Positions 37,951 to 47,172 of a DNA stretch of 64,000 nt are shown piece by piece. The notes beneath the pieces were generated by a model. It was not told where the DNA came from and ran no database searches. It saw nothing but the letters and a program-made list of their open reading frames with translations. The first letter of the stretch is position 1; each line of letters opens with the position of its first letter. The stretch lies in the NCBI GenBank assembly GCA_965226585.1, contig OZ245366.1:512001-576000 (forward strand), in the 5' to 3' direction. The position numbers were made by a program, and so were the translations under genes. The DNA comes from Thermodesulfobacteriota bacterium (lineage in GTDB: Bacteria > Desulfobacterota_D > UBA1144 > Nemesobacterales > Mycalebacteriaceae).

Positions 37951-39141
37951 ATGAAAGACTTGACCCCCACAGAGCAACTTGAGATTATCAAGAGGGGCGC
38001 AGACAATGTTGTCTCCGACTCTGAACTTATTGACAAGTTGAGCAAGACCCGACCCCTGCGCGTCAAAGCCGGATTTGACCCCACCGCGCCCGACCTTCAC
38101 CTTGGGCATTGTGTTCTTTTGAAGAAACTGAGGGATTTTCAAGATCTGGGGCACACGGTTGTTTTTCTCATAGGCGATTTCACGGCGCAGATAGGCGATC
38201 CAAGCGGCAGGGCGGACGAGAGACCTCTTCTTTCTCCCGAAGACATAAAGAAAAACGCGCAAACCTACAAAAGCCAGGTTTTTCCCATACTGAACAAAGA
38301 GCAGACCGAAGTGCGTTTCAACTCGGAATGGCATTCCGGCATGAGTTCGGAAGACCTTTTGCGCCTTGCGTCAATGGCGAATGTTGCCAATTTGCTTGAA
38401 AGGGATGACTTCAAAACCCGCTACAAGGCGGGAAAACCCATATCAATAAAGGAGTTTCTCTATCCGCTGATACAGGCGTATGACTCTGTTGCCCTTGAGG
38501 CGGATGTTGAGATAGGCGGCACAGACCAGACTTTTAATCTTTTGCTTGGCAGAGAGGTGCAGAAGCGGTTTAATCAGCCTCAGCAGGCGGCGGTTTTTCT
38601 GCCCATACTTGAAGGGCTTGACGGCGTGAACAAGATGTCAAAATCGCTTGGCAATTACATAGCGGTAAAAGACACGCCTGAGGATGTGTTTGCAAAGGTT
38701 ATGTCTGTTTCCGATGAGATGATGTGGAGATATTACGACCTGCTCAGTTCAAAGACTGCGGATGAGGTTAAGGGTTTGAAAAAAGAGCATCCTATGGACG
38801 CGAAAAAGACGCTTGCGTTTGAGATAACGGCGTGGCTGAACGGTGAAAAAGAGGCAAAACAGGCGGAAGGCGCGTTTGCGGGCAAGTTTTCAAAAAGGGA
38901 GTTTCCCGAAGATGCTCCTGAAAAAGAGGTTTCACGCGGAAATATAAAGACGGTTCTTGATTTCGCGGTTGAGGTTTCGGATTCGCTGAAAAGCAGGGCG
39001 GAGGCGAAACGTCTGATAGCGCAGGGCGGATTGACAATAAACGGCGAGAAGTATTCCGACCACGGCGCAAACGCGCCTGAGGGAGAGGTTTTTGAGGTTA
39101 AAATTGGGAAGAAGGAGTTTGTGAGGGCGCGGGTGGGGTGA
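37951..39141 (+). CDS. tyrS: Tyrosine--tRNA ligase
   Basis: GFDPTAPDLHLGH, GGTDQ, KMSKS, C-terminal S4 domain; start at ATG 37951. Confidence 0.97.
   Translation: MKDLTPTEQLEIIKRGADNVVSDSELIDKLSKTRPLRVKAGFDPTAPDLHLGHCVLLKKLRDFQDLGHTVVFLIGDFTAQIGDPSGRADERPLLSPEDIKKNAQTYKSQVFPILNKEQTEVRFNSEWHSGMSSEDLLRLASMANVANLLERDDFKTRYKAGKPISIKEFLYPLIQAYDSVALEADVEIGGTDQTFNLLLGREVQKRFNQPQQAAVFLPILEGLDGVNKMSKSLGNYIAVKDTPEDVFAKVMSVSDEMMWRYYDLLSSKTADEVKGLKKEHPMDAKKTLAFEITAWLNGEKEAKQAEGAFAGKFSKREFPEDAPEKEVSRGNIKTVLDFAVEVSDSLKSRAEAKRLIAQGGLTINGEKYSDHGANAPEGEVFEVKIGKKEFVRARVG
39103..39135 (+). repeat. 33-bp direct repeat, copy 1 (tyrS 3' end)
   Basis: ATTGGGAAGAAGGAGTTTGTGAGGGCGCGGGTG, identical to 40997-41029. 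Confidence 0.95.
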
Positions 39142-39180
39142 ATCTGTTATATTAGACAGCAACGGGAGACACGCCCAGAT

Positions 39181-40077
39181 ATGAAAACGCCCGCCATTCC
39201 GCATTTTTACCGCCAGAGATTGTTGCTTGCTCTTATAAGAGAGTTTGAAGGCGACATGAACAGAACCGATCTTCATAAACGCCTTTTCCTGTTTATGCGG
39301 GAAGAGGGGCGCAGTGAATACGAGTTTTTTCCTTACAAATACGGTTGCTGGTCAATGAACTGCGACAACGACCTGCAGAGATTGTCCCGGTTAGGATGGC
39401 TTGAGACGGGTGATAACGTCAGGGCGACAAAAACTGATACTCCGCCGGATTTAATAAAAGAGTCCGATTGGGAGAAGTTAAAAAGTTTTGCGGACGGAAT
39501 AAGGGGCTGGAGTTATAAGGATTTAATAAAACATGTTTATACGGAGCATCCCTATTACGCGATTAACAGTAACATAGCGGAAGAATATCTTTCCGGTGAT
39601 GAATTAGAAGTTGTTAAACAAAATCGTCCGTCCGCGCAGGGCAGGGCTTTATACACTATCGGATATGAGGGCATATCGTTTGAGCGATATGTCAACCGCC
39701 TTATAGAGAACGATATAAAGTTGCTTTGTGATGTGCGTAAAAATCCTCTGAGCAGAAAGACGGGTTTTTCCAGAGGAACATTGCAGAGTTTGTTACCAAA
39801 AGTCGGGATTGAGTATGTTCATATTCCGGAACTCGGTATTGAAGGCGGCATGAGGCGCAACTTGGAAACAGTGGATGACTATAAAAAGCTTTTCAGAGGA
39901 TATACGCGCACGCTTCCCGGGCGGGAAAAATGGCTGTTTGATATTTCCGGATTGGTAAAAGAGCACGAGCGGGTTGCCTTGACGTGTTTTGAATCCGACC
40001 CCCGGATGTGTCACAGGAGTTGTGTCAGCGATTACATTTCCACACTGGAACCTAAATTAAACATAGAGCATATTTGA
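39181..40077 (+). CDS. DUF488 protein with N-terminal SocA/Panacea-like winged-helix region
   Basis: TIGYEG, LCDVRKNPLSRK, PELG, LTCFESDPRMCHR; N-terminal LHKRLFL...YEFFPYKYG. Confidence 0.85.
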   Translation: MKTPAIPHFYRQRLLLALIREFEGDMNRTDLHKRLFLFMREEGRSEYEFFPYKYGCWSMNCDNDLQRLSRLGWLETGDNVRATKTDTPPDLIKESDWEKLKSFADGIRGWSYKDLIKHVYTEHPYYAINSNIAEEYLSGDELEVVKQNRPSAQGRALYTIGYEGISFERYVNRLIENDIKLLCDVRKNPLSRKTGFSRGTLQSLLPKVGIEYVHIPELGIEGGMRRNLETVDDYKKLFRGYTRTLPGREKWLFDISGLVKEHERVALTCFESDPRMCHRSCVSDYISTLEPKLNIEHI

Positions 40078-40904
40078 TGCCGAAAGAGCGAATTTTTATT
40101 ACAGTCAAAACTTATCCCGCCATATCGAAAAAATATGACGAGTTGGTCTGCACAGCCGGCATTCGTGAAAACGGGAATTGGGTGCGGATATACCCCGTTC
40201 CATTCAGGAAACTTGGTCAAGACGACAGATACAAGAAATACCAGTGGGTGGAGATAGACCTTCAAAAGAACACAAGTGACAAAAGGCCTGAAAGCTTCAG
40301 CCCCACAGATATTGAGAATATTGAAGTCGGGGATTTTATTGATACAGGCGACGGTTGGAAAGAAAGAAAAAAGATTATCTTTCAAAACCAGACCGCTTAC
40401 ACAAATCTTGAGGAGATTATTGGCGAAGCAAACAGAAATGAACTTTCAATTGTAATTTTCAAGCCTTCAGAAATTAAAGGTTTTATGGTTGAAGAATCTG
40501 ACCCTGAGTGGTCTGAAGAGAGGATAAAACTTCTTGAGGCAAGAGCCGGACAGAAAACTCTTTTCTCTTATCCCGGTGATATTGTCAAAAAGTTCAAGAG
40601 GGTTTCCAAACTGCCTTATAAATTTTCCTACAAGTTCTGTGACGACACGGGTAAAGAATCCACTTTGATGATAGAGGATTGGGAGATAGGGGCTCTTTAC
40701 TGGAACTGTTTGGAAGACAGCGGGGGAGATAAAGAGATTGCCGTTCAAAAAGTGCGAGAGAAGTATGAGCGGGAAATGCTTCAAAAGGATTTATATTTCT
40801 TTCTGGGGACAACAAAAGAGCACCACGGGCGGGCACACAATCCGTTTGTTATTATCGGGATTTTCTATCCGCCGAAAGAGAGTCAGAAGTCTTTTGGCTA
40901 TTAG
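40077..40904 (+). CDS. Conserved hypothetical DUF488 partner (dual-OB-like, tentative)
   Basis: TVKTYP, ELVCTAG, WVRIYP, DKRPES, EDWEIG, FFLGT; coupled to the DUF488 gene (TGATG overlap). Confidence 0.7.
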   Translation: MPKERIFITVKTYPAISKKYDELVCTAGIRENGNWVRIYPVPFRKLGQDDRYKKYQWVEIDLQKNTSDKRPESFSPTDIENIEVGDFIDTGDGWKERKKIIFQNQTAYTNLEEIIGEANRNELSIVIFKPSEIKGFMVEESDPEWSEERIKLLEARAGQKTLFSYPGDIVKKFKRVSKLPYKFSYKFCDDTGKESTLMIEDWEIGALYWNCLEDSGGDKEIAVQKVREKYEREMLQKDLYFFLGTTKEHHGRAHNPFVIIGIFYPPKESQKSFGY

Positions 40905-40977
40905 TTGTAGATTGCCGGGTGGAAAATAAAGAAGTAGAAGGGGTAAGTGTAGAGTTGGGGTTTGAAGAGGGTTAGTG

Positions 40978-41035
40978 AGAGAGTTTTGAAGTTAAGATTG
41001 GGAAGAAGGAGTTTGTGAGGGCGCGGGTGAAATAA
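40978..41035 (+). pseudogene. Second copy of the tyrS 3' end (ESFEVKIGKKEFVRARVK*)
   Basis: Matches tyrS EVFEVKIGKKEFVRARVG* with synonymous changes GAG/GAA and AAA/AAG and its own stop. Confidence 0.85.
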
Positions 41036-41045
41036 AAGGGTTTAA

Positions 41046-44000
41046 TCATTCAGCCCATTCATCTGCGAGCAGTTCCGCTTGTTCAAGTATTCTTTCCGTT
41101 GCAATCAACTCTTCATCCGGCGGATAGCCGTATTTTCTTAAAAGCCGTTTTACAATCGTTCTTAATTTCGACCGCACACTTTCTTTTATTGTCCAGTCAA
41201 TAGAGGTGTTTTGTTTCACCTTGTTCACAAGCATACGGGCGAGTTCCCTTAAATTTTCGTCTTTCATCACTTCTTTCGCGCTCTCGTTCATAACCAGCGC
41301 GTCATAGAAAGCGACTTCATCATTTGACAGACCCATTTCTCCGGCTTTTTCATCGGAAGCCCTTATTTCCCGCGCCATTGATATTAATTTGTCCAGAATT
41401 TCCGCCGCCGTCAGCAGATTGTTTTTGTATCTTCTGATAGCCGTTTCAAGCATTTCGGAAAACTTTCTGCTCTGCGCCAGATTTTGCTTCGTTCTCTGTT
41501 TTATTTCGTCTCCGAGTATTCTTTTAAGCAGTTCCAGAGCAAGGTTTTTGTGCTTCATCCCTTTTATTTCTTCAAGGAAACTGTCTGAAAGAATTGATAT
41601 GTCGGGTTTTTTTATTCCTGCGGCGTCAAATATGTCAATAACGCCGTCCACAACAACGGCTCTGTCAACTATCTGCCTGATAGCCGTTTCAATTTCAGAG
41701 TCGCTTTTGCCGCTTCCCGTCCGGCTGAATTTGGCAAGGCGCGCTTTTACCGCCTGAAAAAATCCAACCTCAGCTTTTATTTCAATCGCTCTGCGGTCGG
41801 GAATTGACATGGCAAACGCTTTTGACAGTGAATTAACCTCTCCGGAAAACCTTTCTTCTCCGTTTTCCAGAGACAGAATATATTCCTCAGATTCCAGAAT
41901 TAATTCCAGTTTTCTTCCGGTTTCCGCCGTGAAATACTCCCCGTAGTCAAAACGGTCAAACATTGCCTTAACCACCTCGTATTTTTCCAGCATCACCTTC
42001 ACCGCGTCTTTCTGTTCAAACGCGGGTTTTCCCTTGCCGCCGCTTTTTGTGTAGGAGGAGAGGGCGAGTTTCAAATCAGACGCTATGCCGATATAGTCAA
42101 CAACCAGACCGCCTTCCTTGTCTTTATAAACCCTGTTCACCCGCGCTATTGCCTGCATCAGGTTGTGTCCGCTCATTATTTTGTCGATATAAATGGTGTC
42201 CAGACACGGGGCGTCAAAACCCGTCAGCCACATATCGCGCACAATCACAATTTGCAAAGGGTCCGAAGGGTCAACGAACCTTTTTCTCATTCTTTTTCTT
42301 TCGTCTTTTGTTGTCGCGTGGTTCCGCCACTCGTGCGGGTCGCTTGCCGCTGAGGTCATAATAACCTTCACAGCCCCTTTGTTTTTGTCATCGTGATGCC
42401 ATTCGGGGCGGCGCGAGATGATTTCGTCATACATTGCAACGGCGATTTTGCGGCTTGTGGCAACTATCATCGCCTTGCCCTCGCATGCTTCCCGCCTTGC
42501 GTCAAAATGTTTCAGGATATCCTCCACAACGGTTTTCCGGCGGTCTTTGTGTCCGATAATGGCTTCCTGCCGTGTCCATTTTGCTTTGGCTTTGTCAGCG
42601 TCCGTTGATTCTCTGTTTTCAACGATTGATTCAATTTCCGTGTCCAGTTCTTCTTTTTCCTCTTCTTTGAGGTGAACTTCAACAAGGCGCGATTCGTAAT
42701 AAATCGGCACTGTCGCCCCGTCTTCAACCGCTTGTTCTATGTCATAAACGTCTATGTAGTTTCCGAAAACAGCCGGTGTTGAAATATCCTCTCTTTCAAT
42801 CGGTGTTCCCGTAAAGCCCACAAAAGAGGCGTTTGGCAGAGCGTCTCTAAGATATTTCGCAAATCCGTAATTAGTTTTCACCCCGTCTTTAACAAAATGG
42901 GTTTTTGCCCCGAATCCGTATTGACTGCGGTGCGCTTCGTCCGCTATGACAACTATGTTTTTTCTTTCGGAGAGGAGTTCAAATGTTTCGCCGCCGTCTT
43001 CGGGTGAAAACTTTTGAATAGTTGAAAAAACCACACCGCCGCCTTTTACTTTCAGCAATTCTTTCAGACTTCTGCGGCTGTCCGCCTGCACGGGGTCTTG
43101 TCTGAGAAGTGATTGCCCGGCGGCGAAAGATTCAAACAATTGTCCGTCAAGGTCGTTGCGGTCTGTAATAACAACAACTGTCGGGTTTGCCATTTTCGGA
43201 TTTATAACGAGCAGTCCGGCATAAAACAGCATAGACAGGGATTTTCCGCTTCCCTGTGTGTGCCATACCACACCCGCCCTGCAATCTCCCTGTTTTTGCT
43301 CTCTGATATCCGGCAACCCGTATTCCCCCGGCGCTTCATCCGCTTCGTCCATTTTTTCGCCGGAAGCTCTGATTGTGGAATTAACGGCTCTTTTTACGGC
43401 GTGATACTGGTGATAGGCGGCTATTTTCTTTTCTTTTTCTATGGTTATCGCCTGTGTTTCGCTGTCTTCCTTCTTTGTTTTTTCAAACACGGTGAAGTGG
43501 CGTATCAGGTCGAGCAGAACATCGGGGCGGAGCATACCTTTTATAAGGGTTTCAATTTGCGGTGTTGTGGCGGAGTTTTCTTTTTTCCCGTCAACGGTTT
43601 TCCATGCCATAAAGCGAGATTCGCCGGAAGTGATAGACCCGGCTTTTGCTTCAAGCCCGTCTGATGCGACAAGAACGCCGTTATAGCGGAACAGTCCCGG
43701 AATGGCTTTTTTATAGGTTTGCAGTTGTTCAAACGCTTTTTGAACGGTTGCGTTTTCATCCGCAGGGTTTTTAAGTTCTATCACCGCAAGCGGCAGACCG
43801 TTCACAAACAGCAGAACATCGGGGCGTTTGGTTATGTTGTTTTCCTTAACGGAGAACTGATTACAGACGGCAAAGTCGTTATTTTGTATATTTTCAAAAT
43901 CAATCAGGCAGACACTTGCCCCAACCGTGTCGCCGTCTTTCTGGTATTCATCCTTAACGCCCTCAACAAGCCATTTGTAGAACGTCTCGTTGCTTTCTAT

Positions 44001-44264
44001 GATGTTTGCGTGTGAGAGCCCCTTTATCTGCCGCAAGGCGTGAGTTTTTACCGTATCGGGAAGGTTCGGGTTGAGGCTGTCAATAGCGCGTTTCAGGCGT
44101 TGTTCCAGTATGACTTCCGAAAGGCTTTGGCGTTCTGTTTCCTGTTGTTCAGGGAGAATGTAGGTATAGCCCTGCTTTTCAAGCAGTTTTACTGTGTGTT
44201 CTTCAACATCGGATTCGTAGAGGGATGTCATGTGTTCATTGTTTGGCAAGTCTTGGATTTTCAT
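41046..44264 (-). CDS. hsdR: Type I restriction endonuclease subunit R
   Basis: RPDVLLFVNGLPLAVIELK, HTQGSGKS, DEAHRSQ, FTGTP, LTGFDAP, QAIARVNR. Confidence 0.97.
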   Translation of the reverse strand: MKIQDLPNNEHMTSLYESDVEEHTVKLLEKQGYTYILPEQQETERQSLSEVILEQRLKRAIDSLNPNLPDTVKTHALRQIKGLSHANIIESNETFYKWLVEGVKDEYQKDGDTVGASVCLIDFENIQNNDFAVCNQFSVKENNITKRPDVLLFVNGLPLAVIELKNPADENATVQKAFEQLQTYKKAIPGLFRYNGVLVASDGLEAKAGSITSGESRFMAWKTVDGKKENSATTPQIETLIKGMLRPDVLLDLIRHFTVFEKTKKEDSETQAITIEKEKKIAAYHQYHAVKRAVNSTIRASGEKMDEADEAPGEYGLPDIREQKQGDCRAGVVWHTQGSGKSLSMLFYAGLLVINPKMANPTVVVITDRNDLDGQLFESFAAGQSLLRQDPVQADSRRSLKELLKVKGGGVVFSTIQKFSPEDGGETFELLSERKNIVVIADEAHRSQYGFGAKTHFVKDGVKTNYGFAKYLRDALPNASFVGFTGTPIEREDISTPAVFGNYIDVYDIEQAVEDGATVPIYYESRLVEVHLKEEEKEELDTEIESIVENRESTDADKAKAKWTRQEAIIGHKDRRKTVVEDILKHFDARREACEGKAMIVATSRKIAVAMYDEIISRRPEWHHDDKNKGAVKVIMTSAASDPHEWRNHATTKDERKRMRKRFVDPSDPLQIVIVRDMWLTGFDAPCLDTIYIDKIMSGHNLMQAIARVNRVYKDKEGGLVVDYIGIASDLKLALSSYTKSGGKGKPAFEQKDAVKVMLEKYEVVKAMFDRFDYGEYFTAETGRKLELILESEEYILSLENGEERFSGEVNSLSKAFAMSIPDRRAIEIKAEVGFFQAVKARLAKFSRTGSGKSDSEIETAIRQIVDRAVVVDGVIDIFDAAGIKKPDISILSDSFLEEIKGMKHKNLALELLKRILGDEIKQRTKQNLAQSRKFSEMLETAIRRYKNNLLTAAEILDKLISMAREIRASDEKAGEMGLSNDEVAFYDALVMNESAKEVMKDENLRELARMLVNKVKQNTSIDWTIKESVRSKLRTIVKRLLRKYGYPPDEELIATERILEQAELLADEWAE

Positions 44265-45298
44265 TTGCGACTCGCTAGGTGTTGTGTTATTTCAAAGAAC
44301 AGGCTTTGTACTTCGGTGGGCATTGATCTAAGAATTGCTTCTGTGCAAATAGAAGAGTAGAACTGCTTTACATCGTTATCTCTCAAAATCAGTGATATTT
44401 GACTATTTTTTGAGGCACCCACAATCAGATTTTTAATTTGTTTGATTGAAAAGAAATCAACAAAATCTTGAAGAGTTTCTATAATCTCATGGGTTGTAAT
44501 AAATTCATCAGAGTTTATTAGGTTTTCAATTTCTGATGTCCAATCAACAGTTGTGTTCATTAATAATTCTCTGCTTGTATAGTCAATAATTGTATGCAAT
44601 GCTCCTTCTGGGGTTTCTATGCGGAGAACCCAATTGTTGTCAGTATTGAAGTAAGCATCTGTCACATCTTTCTCGGTGATGTCTATTTTTAATTGTAAAG
44701 ACAATGAATCAAGAAAATAATCCGTAAGTAGAAATTCTTTAATGAGTTTCTTGAATTCGTTGAAGTCTTTGATGGTTCTTATGTGTCTGTTCTCGGCAAA
44801 AGATTTTGACAGGAGAGGATCATCCGTTAAAAAGAATATTTGTTTGTCTTTGTTTTTTTCGATATATTCTAAGGTGGTAAAGTAAATGTAAGCATCTTTA
44901 AATCCCTTGTCTGAAGTCTCATCAAATGGTGGTTTGTTGTTTAATGCCAATTTCTTGATCTCAGTTAAAGTCTTGTGGTTTGCGTCTTCCAGTTCAATTT
45001 CAATATAAGGAATGTTCTCTTCACTCTCTAATTCAGAAACTATATTGTCAATATCAATATTCTCTACTTTCCTTCTTCTCGTTCCTGTCAGAGAGAGAAA
45101 TATATTAGAAAGGAAACTTTTTTGTTCTTTTTGCAAACTCTCTATTTTTTGTTTTTTGATTTCGTCAATAACCATACTTGGAATAATTATATCTGCGAAC
45201 TCTGCAATTTTCTCTAATTCTTCTCGATAACCTAAAAAAGACCCGCCCCCCGTATTACGAGCCTTGCTTGTATCAACAACTACTTTGTATTTATTCAT
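44261..45298 (-). CDS. PIN-domain nuclease (DUF4935/PIN_8-like)
   Basis: VVVDTS, IPSMVIDE, KPPF...KGFKDAYI, FLTDD acidic tetrad pattern. Confidence 0.8.
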   Translation of the reverse strand: MNKYKVVVDTSKARNTGGGSFLGYREELEKIAEFADIIIPSMVIDEIKKQKIESLQKEQKSFLSNIFLSLTGTRRRKVENIDIDNIVSELESEENIPYIEIELEDANHKTLTEIKKLALNNKPPFDETSDKGFKDAYIYFTTLEYIEKNKDKQIFFLTDDPLLSKSFAENRHIRTIKDFNEFKKLIKEFLLTDYFLDSLSLQLKIDITEKDVTDAYFNTDNNWVLRIETPEGALHTIIDYTSRELLMNTTVDWTSEIENLINSDEFITTHEIIETLQDFVDFFSIKQIKNLIVGASKNSQISLILRDNDVKQFYSSICTEAILRSMPTEVQSLFFEITQHLASRK

Positions 45299-46750
45299 TT
45301 AATGATTTACCTTCGCTTTCCCACACATCAATTTTGACAAAAGCACATCACGCAAACTCTCAAGAGTGCGAACTTGGTCTATGTTTGATTTTTTCTTCGT
45401 GAAATATTGTTCTGCCACACTATCAAAATTAAGAATTGTTTTCGTGTTTGGAAACTTCAAGGTGAGTCCTGATACAAGTTGTTTGTCAACATGAGGTATT
45501 GCAGAACCAGTTGTATTTTCTTTTATGTATTGTTCTCGGTTTTTGAGGAAAGAAAATATAAAGAAGGGATAGTTGAAACTCTCTAATGGTTTGTATAATC
45601 CTATGGTGGAACCGACAATGCCACGAAAGCCGATTTCCGTTCTTCCTGAACTTGCGCCATCCATAACCATTAAAACATCTTTGCTCTCAGCAACTACTCC
45701 TCCATCTTTTTCTGAATACAGAACTTTTCCTGTGTCAAATGTTTCTATGAGTATTTGAGGTTCAGAACCCTCAAAATAGGCATCCTCTGCCCTTGTAGGT
45801 TTGCGCCCTTTGGTAAATTCTACTAATTTACCGAGTTTTCTTTCCTCCCAATCCTCATCCGCATCTTCCACAAACCATTTGCGGAATAATGCTTGAGCTG
45901 TATCTTCCAAAGTTTTGTTTTGGCGATGAAGCAGTTCTATTTTGTCGTCCAGAGAGGATAGGATTTCGGCAATGGCTTTTTGTTGGGGGAGTGGTGGGAG
46001 TAGTATTTGAAAACCGCTAATCTGTTTAGCGTTTACCCCCGGCTGAGCTGACCCACCTTTTACCTGATCTATAAAAAGTCTCCAATTAGATGATTGCAAA
46101 ATATGCCCAATATAAAAAGGGTCTGCTATTTCTTTGTTAATTTTATATCTGATTAAGTACGAAGCAAAAACACATTCAACACTGTCTCTGATGATTTTAT
46201 TGTACCCTGTCGTAGCACCTGTTCTTGCGATAACAATATCTCCTTTTGCAAGGGAATATTTTATTTTGTCTTTGTTTCCAATTTTACAATAAGGAACGTT
46301 GTCCCAATTTATCAATTTCGGAACAACATCTGTAATTCTTAAGAATTTGGGACCAATTGATTCATTGCTAGCACTTGCGGTATATCCATAAGAAACATCT
46401 AAGCATATCTCCCCCAACTTTACTTCCCGCCACCCTTCCGGTATGGAACTTTGCTGAACAACAACATATTTCTTTTTGATGTTTTCCTTAAATGAATCGG
46501 GGATACTTTCCCAATCCATTACATCAACCGAAACCAGAAGGGAACTTTCAACAAAGGATTCTTTCAGGTTAGATACCTCACCTGAATTAGAGTCAAAAAC
46601 AGCCAAGTCCAAATCGGATGTTTCCGATGCTTTCCATGTTACACGCGAGCCATAAGCCCAAACAGTTTTGTTGGGGATATGACGTTTGATAATTGTTTTC
46701 AGCAATTTTAGTTGCTTCGGTTCCAAATCTATGAGTTGTTTTTCATTCAT
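45299..46750 (-). CDS. hsdS: Fusion of minimal nucleotidyltransferase (MNT) domain and type I specificity subunit with two TRDs
   Basis: aa 1-100 carry YGSRVTWKASETSDLDL (GS-x10-DxD); then PEGWREVKLG, PPLPQQKAIAEILSSLDDKI, WEERKLG, LRDVLLSKLM. Confidence 0.93.
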   Translation of the reverse strand: MNEKQLIDLEPKQLKLLKTIIKRHIPNKTVWAYGSRVTWKASETSDLDLAVFDSNSGEVSNLKESFVESSLLVSVDVMDWESIPDSFKENIKKKYVVVQQSSIPEGWREVKLGEICLDVSYGYTASASNESIGPKFLRITDVVPKLINWDNVPYCKIGNKDKIKYSLAKGDIVIARTGATTGYNKIIRDSVECVFASYLIRYKINKEIADPFYIGHILQSSNWRLFIDQVKGGSAQPGVNAKQISGFQILLPPLPQQKAIAEILSSLDDKIELLHRQNKTLEDTAQALFRKWFVEDADEDWEERKLGKLVEFTKGRKPTRAEDAYFEGSEPQILIETFDTGKVLYSEKDGGVVAESKDVLMVMDGASSGRTEIGFRGIVGSTIGLYKPLESFNYPFFIFSFLKNREQYIKENTTGSAIPHVDKQLVSGLTLKFPNTKTILNFDSVAEQYFTKKKSNIDQVRTLESLRDVLLSKLMCGKAKVNH

Positions 46751-47171
46751 TTTCCGCAGTTAGTTTCTCAAATATCTCTGTAGCATCTTCAATGAAGTCA
46801 CTAACTTGAGACAACACCCCTTTTGCTTTTTCTTCGCTGTAATCGTGAGTGCTATCTATTCTGGTTTGATTGTAACCCTTTTCTTTATCAACCCATATTT
46901 CCAAATCTTCAATTAAAAGGTTTTTATGCGCTTCTCTGAAAATGCCAACAGGAGAATTAGGCATTTTAGTAAGCCCTTGGTCTTCCAAGTGTTTTTTTAC
47001 CGATTTCCACAGAGTGTCATAGCAAATATCAAACCGCTTGATTAGCGACTCTTTTACCGCTTCCTTGTTAATTTCAGAAAGGTTCTGACTGTCCAGTTCC
47101 AAGTAATTTGCGTATTGCTCTTTCAATCTCTCAAGGGATTTTTCCAGTTTTTCATAATTAGTCTTGCTCAT
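46743..47171 (-). CDS. HEPN-fold nucleotidyltransferase substrate-binding protein (HI0074-like), putative RNase toxin
   Basis: SLIKRFDICYDTLWK, IFREA, RIDSTHDY (R-x4-H-x-Y). Confidence 0.88.
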   Translation of the reverse strand: MSKTNYEKLEKSLERLKEQYANYLELDSQNLSEINKEAVKESLIKRFDICYDTLWKSVKKHLEDQGLTKMPNSPVGIFREAHKNLLIEDLEIWVDKEKGYNQTRIDSTHDYSEEKAKGVLSQVSDFIEDATEIFEKLTAENE

Positions 47172-47172
47172 T

